Origin: Gemmata obscuriglobus
Lineage (GTDB): Bacteria; Planctomycetota; Planctomycetia; Gemmatales; Gemmataceae
Assembly (NCBI RefSeq): GCF_008065095.1
Contig: NZ_CP042911.1
Location: 6,720,001-6,752,000 of the forward strand
Direction of reading: 5' to 3'
Length of the DNA: 32,000 bases
The translations under genes and the position numbers were made by a program. Positions 9,682 to 18,100 of this stretch are shown here, piece by piece. Below the pieces are notes generated by a model. It saw only the letters and a list, made by a program, of their open reading frames with translations, made no database searches and had not been told where the DNA came from. Numbering within the stretch: position 1 is the stretch's first letter; every line of letters begins with the position of its first letter.

Positions 9682-10656
9682 GTGAGTCGGAGCGGATCAG
9701 TGGCAGTTGTACGGCCCGCAGGCGCGGAGCAGAACCCCTCCCCTCCTCTGCCGTTCAGGGAGCGGGGTGAAGGGAGCGGCTGGCGCGCCGCACGGACCGC
9801 TTACCTCGCGCGGGTGGCGCCGTGGGCCGAAGATCGCACCGCGCGCATGTCCCGCGGGCAAAAGCACCCGGTCTACGACTTCCTTTTCGAGTATTACTCG
9901 TTCCGCCCCGCGCATTTGCTCCGCTGGACGCCGGGGTTCGGCGCGTTCCTCGAAGGCGCGACCCGCGGGGACGTGGCCTGGGACGAGTTCGTCGAACGTG
10001 ACGGCGGGCTGTTGCTGCCCGCGGAAGCGTTCCCGGCCCACCGGCTCTCGTACCTCCAGTGGGCCACAGAATACCTCAACGCGGTGATGACGCGCGAGCC
10101 ATCGTTCGCGTGCTTCGGGCTGCACGAGTGGGCGATGGTCTACCGCGACCCGAACGTGCGGCACCCGTATGTTCCCCTGCGCCTGTCGCGTGCCGAAACC
10201 GACGCCGCCGTGGACGCGCAGCCGCTCCGGTGCTCGCACTACGACGCCTTCAGGTTCTTCACAAAGGAGGCGGCCCCACTCAACCGCTGGGAGCTGTCTC
10301 GGGCCACCACGACCGAGCACGACCAGCCGGGGTGCCTGCACGCGAACATGGACCTGTACAAGTTCGCGTACAAGATTATCCCGTTCTGCCCGTCGGACGT
10401 TGTCGCCGACGCATTTGATGTGGCGCGGGCGGCGCGCGAACTCGACATGCGGGCCAGCCCCTACGACCTCCGCGCCTACGGCTTCGAGCCGGTCCCGATC
10501 GAGACCCGCGCCGGCCGCGAGAACTACGTCGAAGCCCAGCGGGCGCTCTCGCTCCGCGCGCAGCCGGTGCGTGAGCGATTACGCGACGTGTACGCGCGGC
10601 TGCTGGCGGCCCAAAGCAACCTCCCCCCCAGCCCCCTCCCTGAAGGGAGGGGGTGA
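9682..10656 (+). CDS. Conserved hypothetical protein (KHPVYDFLFEYYSFRP family); the exact start is uncertain
   Basis: It is a GC3-rich ORF with conserved-looking blocks: HPVYDFLFEYYSFRPAHLLRW, LHEWAMVYR, CSHYDAFRFFT, QPGCLHANMDLYKFAYK and LDMRASPYDL. From memory, some homologues carry a '3-methyladenine DNA glycosylase' database label; I cannot verify this here. The track start is a GTG at 9682. The first ~30 codons and last ~9 codons run through CCCTCC/GGGAGG repeat elements. Confidence 0.6.
   Translation: MSRSGSVAVVRPAGAEQNPSPPLPFRERGEGSGWRAARTAYLARVAPWAEDRTARMSRGQKHPVYDFLFEYYSFRPAHLLRWTPGFGAFLEGATRGDVAWDEFVERDGGLLLPAEAFPAHRLSYLQWATEYLNAVMTREPSFACFGLHEWAMVYRDPNVRHPYVPLRLSRAETDAAVDAQPLRCSHYDAFRFFTKEAAPLNRWELSRATTTEHDQPGCLHANMDLYKFAYKIIPFCPSDVVADAFDVARAARELDMRASPYDLRAYGFEPVPIETRAGRENYVEAQRALSLRAQPVRERLRDVYARLLAAQSNLPPSPLPEGRG
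10632..10653. repeat. GC-only hairpin CCCCCTCCC-TGAA-GGGAGGGGG immediately before the stop codon of the preceding CDS
   Basis: I read it directly: a 9-bp perfect stem with a 4-nt loop, and the stop TGA follows at 10654-10656. Related CCCTCC...GGGAG-type sequence occurs at 9735-9780, and a weaker version at about 10715-10750. Confidence 0.6.
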
Positions 10657-10938
10657 ACGCGCGTGTTACCTCAGCCCGTTCTGAAATTGCAATCGCACAG
10701 CACACGCTCTTTGACTCCCTTCCCCTACAGGAAGTGATCTAGGAGTAGCGTTCTTCGCGCTGCTGAAAAAATGTGAACTACCCCGCTTGCGGACGGCTCA
10801 CGAGTCGTTTACAACCTCTCTCACTTCCGAAGCAGGCCGGCGCCGTTTAGCTCGCTCCTCTGGAGCGGGGCGATGTTGCGTCGCCCGAGCGTTTACCCAG
10901 TCACACGTCCCGGGGAAGGCTGTTCCAGCACCGCTTTC

Positions 10939-11021
10939 GGTAGAGGCCTCCCCAGAAGTGGGGCGGCCTGGAACAACCCCGCCGGTCGAGGTTCCACCCC
11001 ACTTCTGGGGAGGCCTCTACC
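10939..11021. repeat. Perfect 25-bp inverted repeat with a 33-nt spacer, 120 nt upstream of the 11143 operon
   Basis: The left arm GGTAGAGGCCTCCCCAGAAGTGGGG (10939-10963) is the exact reverse complement of CCCCACTTCTGGGGAGGCCTCTACC (10997-11021). One further C-G pair is possible at 10938/11022. A second nested pair exists: TGTTCCAG (10921-10928) with CTGGAACA (10969-10976). Confidence 0.85.
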
Positions 11022-11142
11022 GGCGGTGCCGTGAGCCCTCCGCGGATCAGGTCGGGTTGTAGACGCGCGCCGGGCTGCTTCGGGGGTAAATTCGCTCACG
11101 ACCGGTGCGCCCGACACCGCCGCGCTCAGCAGGACTCTCCGT

Positions 11143-14100
11143 ATGGCGGCCACTCTCACGCTGGACGATGTGCGCAAGGCCTGGGACGCGCGCGACCCGC
11201 GGCTCATCACGCTCATCGAGCAGCTCTGCAACGAGCCCGTTCCGCCGCCCGAAACCCCGGTCCGCGACGGCGCCCTCACGTTCGACAAGTTCCTCGCACA
11301 CCTCCGCGACTGGCGCTACAAGCAGAAATCGAAAGAGGAGCAGGCGCACTACCGCGTCGAAACTCTCAAGGCGCTCGAAGCGCCCGACGCCGAAGTGCCC
11401 CTCGCGGACAAGCTCAAGGTCCACGAGGTGATCTGGGCGTTGTGGGAGTCGAACGACCCGCTGGCGCGCGACTACCTGCTGCGGATCGTCGCGCGGGTGC
11501 CGCTCGTGTACGGCCCGTGGAAGGCGCTGAAGAAAATCTTCAAGGAGTCCGAAGCGAAGAACGACACCGAGGTGTACGGGGCGGTCGCCGCCCGCCTCGA
11601 CATGGCCCACGCCGGCGCCGCTCACGGCAAGCAGGTGAGCGGCGCCACCGTCGCGTACCTCGTGCGCCGGGCGTGGCGGTACCTGCGCCGCGTGGGGCTG
11701 CACCTCCCCGCCACCTACCCGGACGTTGCGTGCGAGTTCCTCGTGAACTACACCGACGACGTCCGGCTCAACGGCACCTGGGTGTTCAACCACATCCTGT
11801 TCCACGACTCGAAGAAGTACGGGCGGTCGAACTTCCGGTTCGGCTACCGCGACAAGACCGCCGACCCCACCAACCTCAAGCACCGGGCCTACGGCGACAC
11901 GTGGAAGCGGTCGCACCGGCCGCTGTTCTCGCTCCTCGAGCGCGCGAAGTCGGACGCGGTGCGCGACTTCGCCACCACCGCCCTAAAGACGGACTTCCGG
12001 CAGGTCCTGCGCGACACGGAGCCCGCGTGGGTGGTGCGCCTGGTCGCCGTGCCGAGCCGCGCGATTCACGACTTCATCGTGTGGCTGCTCCAGAACGTGC
12101 CCCAGTTCGAGCAGTCGGCGTTCCGCGCGCTCGGGCTGCACGACGCCGTGCTGCGGCTGTTCGAGTCCCCTTCCGCGGACGCGCGGAAGTACGCGGCGAA
12201 CTACGCCCGCACCCACGCCCGCGATCTGCCGCTGGGCGAGCTGATCCGCCTCGCGAACAACGACAACGACGACGTGCGCAAACTCGCGACGGACCTCCTC
12301 GGCGAGAAGGACCCGCGCACGGGCGTCGGCCTGGACGCCTGGGGCCAGCTCCTCGAAACGCCGCACGGACACAAGTTCGCCGCCGACTCGATCACCAAGC
12401 ACTTCGGCGCGAACGAGCTCACCCCCGAGTGGTTCCAGGGGCGGCTGCTGTCGCGCAGCGACGACGCCTTCGAGTTCGCGAAGAAGCTGCTGCCCAAGAC
12501 GCACGACCCGAAAGTGCTGGGCGCACCGTTCTTCATTCAACTGCTCCGCAAGGCCGACCCCGACGGCAACTCCGAAATCGCGGACCGCGTCGCGGAGTAC
12601 GCGACCGAGCAACTGGGCAAGTTCGACCTGAACGCCGTGCCGCAGGACCAGTTGCACTGGCTCGCGCTGTTGCCGGCGTCGTCGGGCGGGGTGGACGACT
12701 GGCTCGAGCGCGGCAAGCTGAAGCCGCAAACGATCGGGACCGACTTCCTCAAGGCCCTCGCCTTCGCTCCCGACTGGGACGCGGCGCCGTGGCTCGCGGC
12801 GTTCAAGGCCGCCAACGGCCAGTGGGCGAAAGAGCTGAGCTTCGACGAAGGACGGGCGCAGCGCGTGCTCCGCTGGTTCGCGGACGTGCGCAAGTTCGCC
12901 AACCCCGAGTTGGGGCTCGACTGGCTGCTGCGCGTGGCGGCCCGCAGCGAGCCGATGTATCACGACTTCGCCAGCGACCGGCTGATCCGCACGTTCGTGC
13001 CCGCAGAGTTCGCGCCGCATGACGCCCCCCCGGCGACGGGCGCCGCCCCGGTCGGAACGACGGCCGCCGCGGGCGGCCCGGTCGATCTCGGGAAGGCGAG
13101 TTTCTGCTTCACGGGCACCCTCGCGAACATCACCGCCAAGGACGCCGAAGCCCGCGTGAAGGGCGCGAACGGTACCGTCGCGGCGAACGTCTCGCCCAAG
13201 CTTCATTACCTGGTGGTCGGGGACTCCGGCTCGCCCTTCCTGGGGCAGGGTCAGAAGGGCGCAAAGTACATCAAGGCCGAGGAGCTGAACGCGAACGGGG
13301 CCAACATCAGCATCATCTCGGAGACGATGTTCCTCCAGATGCTGAGCGGGCAGCAAGTGACGGCGTCCGGCGACGCGGTCGCGCGCGGCTGCGAGCGGCT
13401 CTGGCAGTTGGTGGTCGCCCCCGGCCCCGCCGACGCCCCGGTCGGGAAGTTCGCCCGCGAGTACCTGCGGAAGCACCACCCGAACATCGCGCAGAAGCTC
13501 ACCGACAAGCCCGTCGATCCGGGCGCCGAAGTTCCGGCGTCGTTCCTCACGCTCGAGCGCGTGCTCCCGCTGTTCAGCGAGAGCCGCAAGCCGCTCCGCG
13601 AGTTCGCGCTGGAGCTGGCGGGCTGGGAGTTCGCGCGCTGGAACCCGGGCGTCGATCACCTCGTCGCGCTGGCCGACATCCCGTTCATGGACGTGCGGCG
13701 GTTCGTCGCGAAGTCGCTTCTGGCCGAGGACACACCGCAGACCCGCCCCTTCCGCCTCGACCCGGCGAAGCTGGAACCGAGCGCCGTGTACCGGTTCTGC
13801 GAATCGAACGACGAGGAAACGCGCGCGCTCGGCATGGAGCTGATTAACCGCTTGCCCAAACTGCGCGTGCCCGAAGAACTGTTCCGCCTGTCGGAGAGCC
13901 CCGACCGGAAGGTGCGGGCGTTCGTCATCCGGGCGCTCTGGACCGTGTACCGCGACCGCGGGCTGACGCCCGACTGGAAGCCGCCGCTGCCGCCCAAACC
14001 CACCGTGGGCGCGAAGGCGAAGAAGGACGCCGAGAAGGCCGCGGCGAACCGCGGCGAGGGCGTCCCCCACAGGCCCGAAACGTGGCCCGCGGAGAAGCCC

Positions 14101-14439
14101 ACGCTGAGCGCGTTCCTGCGCCGCATCCTGTTCGAGCTCCCGCCCGGCCGCCCCGAAAAGTCGCGGGACGCAGTAGAGGACACGGACCCTAACGACCCGA
14201 ACGCGCAGAAGCCCGACAAGGTGGTGAGCGTGAAGCCGCTGCCGGCGCGGCGCGCGAAGCTCGACCTGATCGAGGTGATGCGCGACCTGGGGCTGGAAGA
14301 CAAGGCGTTCGGCGGCGGCATCCTGCCGCTGCTCGACGAGTTCATGCTGTCCCGCGGGGTGAGCGAGCGCGCCGCGTGCCTCGTCGCGGTGACCCGCATC
14401 CGGCACAAGTACCCCGAATTCAAGAAAGGTTCGGAATGA
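11143..14439 (+). CDS. Large HEAT/ARM-like repeat protein with an internal BRCT domain (1098 aa)
   Basis: The BRCT pattern at about 13081-13350 is GKASFCFTGTLANITAKDAEARVKGANGTVAANVSPKLHYLVVGDSG...KGAKYIKAEELNANGANISIISETMFLQML. It matches the LigA-type BRCT layout G-x-F-x-TG-L...A...G..V..SVS.K..YLV.G...G.K..KA..L. HEAT-like D..VR..A signatures are present (NDNDDVRKLATDLLGE, SPDRKVRAFVIRALW). GC3 is strongly biased in this frame. Confidence 0.85.
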   Translation: MAATLTLDDVRKAWDARDPRLITLIEQLCNEPVPPPETPVRDGALTFDKFLAHLRDWRYKQKSKEEQAHYRVETLKALEAPDAEVPLADKLKVHEVIWALWESNDPLARDYLLRIVARVPLVYGPWKALKKIFKESEAKNDTEVYGAVAARLDMAHAGAAHGKQVSGATVAYLVRRAWRYLRRVGLHLPATYPDVACEFLVNYTDDVRLNGTWVFNHILFHDSKKYGRSNFRFGYRDKTADPTNLKHRAYGDTWKRSHRPLFSLLERAKSDAVRDFATTALKTDFRQVLRDTEPAWVVRLVAVPSRAIHDFIVWLLQNVPQFEQSAFRALGLHDAVLRLFESPSADARKYAANYARTHARDLPLGELIRLANNDNDDVRKLATDLLGEKDPRTGVGLDAWGQLLETPHGHKFAADSITKHFGANELTPEWFQGRLLSRSDDAFEFAKKLLPKTHDPKVLGAPFFIQLLRKADPDGNSEIADRVAEYATEQLGKFDLNAVPQDQLHWLALLPASSGGVDDWLERGKLKPQTIGTDFLKALAFAPDWDAAPWLAAFKAANGQWAKELSFDEGRAQRVLRWFADVRKFANPELGLDWLLRVAARSEPMYHDFASDRLIRTFVPAEFAPHDAPPATGAAPVGTTAAAGGPVDLGKASFCFTGTLANITAKDAEARVKGANGTVAANVSPKLHYLVVGDSGSPFLGQGQKGAKYIKAEELNANGANISIISETMFLQMLSGQQVTASGDAVARGCERLWQLVVAPGPADAPVGKFAREYLRKHHPNIAQKLTDKPVDPGAEVPASFLTLERVLPLFSESRKPLREFALELAGWEFARWNPGVDHLVALADIPFMDVRRFVAKSLLAEDTPQTRPFRLDPAKLEPSAVYRFCESNDEETRALGMELINRLPKLRVPEELFRLSESPDRKVRAFVIRALWTVYRDRGLTPDWKPPLPPKPTVGAKAKKDAEKAAANRGEGVPHRPETWPAEKPTLSAFLRRILFELPPGRPEKSRDAVEDTDPNDPNAQKPDKVVSVKPLPARRAKLDLIEVMRDLGLEDKAFGGGILPLLDEFMLSRGVSERAACLVAVTRIRHKYPEFKKGSE

Positions 14440-15098
14440 CCCGCGAAGACTCTGATCGGTTGGTCGCGGACGTTCGCGAACTCCTACCGCTGATTCGAGC
14501 GCTGTGCGTCGAGGACGGCCTGGACGAGAACCGGCTCGACAAGTGTTACACCAAGCTGTACCGCGTCGCGAGCCAGTTGCCCACCGCCAACGGGCTCGGC
14601 AGCGAACTCGACGACGCGGTGAACGTGATGGAAGACGACCTGGATAGCCCGAAGTTGGAGCCCGGCACCGCGGGGGCGAAGCTGAAACTGCTCGAGTCAC
14701 GAGCCGCCGCGCTCGTGCGCCGGTTCCGCAAGCTCACCGGCCCCAAGAAGTCGGGGCCGCCTCCGGGACCGCTCACCTGGGAGCAGGCGGCCGGGTACGC
14801 GGGCCGGGTTCGGGCGCTGTTCCCGCTGCTGCTTTCGCTCCGGGACGCGTGGGGCGACGATGACGACGACTTCGACCACGACCGGTACGCCGCGCTCGGG
14901 CGATCGCTGTTCGTGATCGGGAGCCGGCTGACGGCTTACGACCCCGAATTGGCACACGAGATCGAAAGCTGCGACCCGTTCGCAGACGACGCCGAAGGGG
15001 GGCCGCTCCCGCCCGGAGGGGCCGACGAGGTGTTCACCCGGCTGGAGGCCGAAGTGAACCCGATGTTGAACGAACTGCGCCGCGTCTTCGACGCGTGA
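14436..15098 (+). CDS. Small acidic, predicted helical protein of unknown function (220 aa)
   Basis: The ATG at 14436 overlaps the TGA of the upstream gene as ATGA. It has an acidic tract WGDDDDDFDHD and I recognise no domain. The coding call rests on GC3 bias, the coupling and its position inside the operon. Confidence 0.65.
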   Translation: MTREDSDRLVADVRELLPLIRALCVEDGLDENRLDKCYTKLYRVASQLPTANGLGSELDDAVNVMEDDLDSPKLEPGTAGAKLKLLESRAAALVRRFRKLTGPKKSGPPPGPLTWEQAAGYAGRVRALFPLLLSLRDAWGDDDDDFDHDRYAALGRSLFVIGSRLTAYDPELAHEIESCDPFADDAEGGPLPPGGADEVFTRLEAEVNPMLNELRRVFDA

Positions 15099-15161
15099 GT
15101 CCGGCGCCCGCGCTCGGACCGTTGGCTCTCAAGCACCCCACGACACGAAGAGGCGAGTAAC

Positions 15162-18100
15162 GTGGCGTCCGCGAAATGGAACCCGCTCCGCGACCGCTTC
15201 CGCACACTCCTCTCGGTGCTCCGCGCCTTCGCGAAAGCGAAAGAGCAGATCACCGAGGACCGCTACGACGAGGCACACTCGGCGCTCGACGACCTCGTTT
15301 ACCAGTACCCCGACGAGATCTTCAGCGAGCTGAACGACGAACTGGAAGCCGTCGGCGAAGCCGAACCCGGTGAGGTGGACGCGACCGGCCCGGTGACGCC
15401 GGTCGCGCTGGGCGCCGGTTTCGCCACCGTCTTCGCCGATTACCTCAAACAGGTCGAGCGCCTGACCGAATCGGTTGAGAAGCTGCTCGAACAAGACGAA
15501 GGGAGTGAAGACGACGAAAGCGAAGATGACGAAGACGCGGACCAAAGCAGCATCAGCAACACCGCAGGCACCAGCGGCCCCGACGAGCCCGGGAGCGGCT
15601 CGGCCGCACAGGGGGAGTCCAGCCCCGGCAAGTCGCAGATGTACCGCGGCGACATCCGGGCGGTGTCCGGCGTCGGCGATTCGCTGGCCTTCGTCACCGT
15701 TCACCCGGAGGGCTTACCCACCGCGCTGTACTGGCTAGACCCGGACCGCCTCACCCTGAAGACCGATCCGCTCCCGTGCGGCGGCACCGCGCTCGCGGTT
15801 GACGGGAACACCGTCTACGTGGGCGGGACCGATCGCAAGCTGTACGAGGGCGGCAAAAAGGCACCGAAACCGCTCGCCGGGCCGTTCGCCAACGACATCG
15901 TCGCGATCGTCCCCGTGGGCAAAAAGCGCATCGCGGTGCTGAACGGCAAGCAGATCGACATCATCTCCGACAAGGACGGGGCCGCGAAGCAGACGCTCGA
16001 ACTGCCCGACGCCGGGACGTGCCTCAGCGTCGATAAGACGGGGCTCTGGCTAGTGGCCGGGACGACGAAGGGCGTCGTCGCGGTGTTCGACGGCGAGGGC
16101 GGCGACGAGTTCGCGCCCTCCGAAAGCGCGAAGCTCCACGACGGCGCGGTCACGGTGGTTCAGTTCGAGCCCGAGGAGCTGCGGTTCTTCTCCGCGGGGG
16201 CGGACAACAAGCTCCTCACCACCTTCGCCCGTGGCAGCCTGGAACCGGAAGACAAGGGCCGCGCGAACACGCACGAGGACGTGCTGACCGGGCTCGTGTA
16301 CGTACCGGGCGACCGGTTCGTAACCGGCAGCCGCGACGCAACCCTCAAGAACTGGCCGCGCCCCGGCGCGGTCAAGCCCAGCACGCTGAAAGATGTCGTC
16401 GGGCGGGTCGTGGCGCTCGCGGCGGTAACGGTGTACAACCAGCCGCACGTGGCGGTCGCGTGCGACGACAACAGCATCCGACTCATCAAGCTCGATAAAG
16501 ACGGCAAGTTCCCGGAGGACGACGCCCTCACCGCGAAGGTGACGGGCGCGGCGGACTGGGTGCGGAACGAACTGGCCGACCGCTACGACGCCAAGCGCCG
16601 CGAGAAGGCCGTGAAGGTGCTGGCGGAGTGGAAGGACTCGGCCAGCATCGACGCGCTCGGCGAGCAACTCAACCGCGACCCGGACCACAAGGTCCGCGAG
16701 CACATCGCCAAACTGCTCGGCGAGAGCGACAGCCCGCGCGTGGTGAAGATCCTGGAGCGCGCGGTCGGGCACAACGACAAGGCCGTCCGGCTCGAAGCGT
16801 TCAAGAGCCTGCACGCGCGCGCGCCGCAAGACCTCGGCCCGATCGACCTCGCGCTTAAGACGGGGCAGGTTGACGTCGGCGTTGAAGCCGTCAAGGCGCT
16901 GGAGCCGCTCGCGAAGGCCGACGATCAGGCGCTGACGCGCCTCGTCGAGACGCTCGACGCGTCCGCCTGGGACGTGCGGAAGGCCGGTCTGGCCGCACTC
17001 GAAACCGTGTACGACGCGACGGCCCCCACCGCGGACCTCACCGCGCTCGGGGCGAAGTTCGGCGACCTGCGTGAGTTCGCGCTGCGGCGGACGTTCGATC
17101 GCGGGCTGCTTCAGGACGCAGCCGTCCAGTCGGCCGTCCGCCGCCGGCTCGAAGACGACGACGGCAGCGTCCGCAAGACGGCGTTCCTGCTGTCGGTGCT
17201 GTCGAAGCCCGATCTCGCCGCGGTGCTACGCGCCGGCGACCCCGAGTTGCACCGCCAGCTCAACGAGATCGAAAAACCCGAGAAGGAAAAGGGCGACAAG
17301 AGCGACAAGATGGCGCCCGCGGTGCCACCGGGCGCGAAGGAAACGCTCACCCCCGCCGATTACGACACGCTGCTGCAGGCCACCGCGAGCCGTGCGCTCG
17401 ACACGTGCCTGCGCGGGGCACGGGGGCTGGCGGTGCTGGGCGACCCGCGGGCGTTCGGGCTGCTCCTTCAACTGAGCCGCGAAGAGGACATCAACGCGCG
17501 GGTGGAGGTGTGCCGCGCGCTCGCCGCCCTCGACGACCCGCGCGCCGTCAACCGCCTCCGCTCGCTGCTGTTCGACCGCGAGGCGTCGGTGCGCGACGCC
17601 GCGTACACCGCACTGGCGAAGATCTTCGACCAGGCGCCGCTCTCCGTTGCGGAGTCGGGGCTGACGGCCGCCGACGAAGACGTGCGCCGCCGCGGGCTAG
17701 AAACGCTGATCCAGACGGTCAAGAAGAAGAAGCCGCAGGCGGCCGGCGAGCCGGGCTGGGACCTGCTGTTGCGGGCGCTCAACGACAGCGCCCGCGGCGT
17801 GCGCGGCGAGGCGTTCAAGGCGGCCCTGAACCTCAAGATCGGCGGCGGGGGAGCGGACACGCTCCGGTTCTCGCTCCAGTCGATCCACCCCGACGTGCGG
17901 CGCGAAGCGCTCACCGAAGTGACGGCGCAGGACAAGGAAGAGTGGGCTGCGCCGCTGCTGCACGAGTTCTTCAACGACGCCGACCCGGCGCTCCGCAAGG
18001 AGGCGTTCGAGTTCGCGACCAAGAAGAACAAGGACATTGCGGTCCTCGAAACGGCGCTCAGGTCGCGCTTCTCCGACGCGCGCAAGCTCGCCGTCGAGGG

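Noticed and set aside
13210-13235. A GDSGSP motif in the 1098-aa protein that resembles the trypsin-like serine protease GDSGGP active site.
   Set aside because: It lies inside the BRCT domain at the position of the conserved LV.G...GSK segment. No His/Asp catalytic partners or protease fold context are present.
11983-14700. A 905-aa minus-strand ORF. Similar long ORFs occur at 11031-13022(+), 2528-5143(+), 1800-3278(+), 99-1181(+), 5007-6506(+), 17405-19129(+), 17697-19397(-) and 7155-7835(-), among others.
   Set aside because: The reasoning is the same. They are Arg/Pro/Gly-rich nonsense translations that overlap genes with recognisable domains in another frame or on the other strand.
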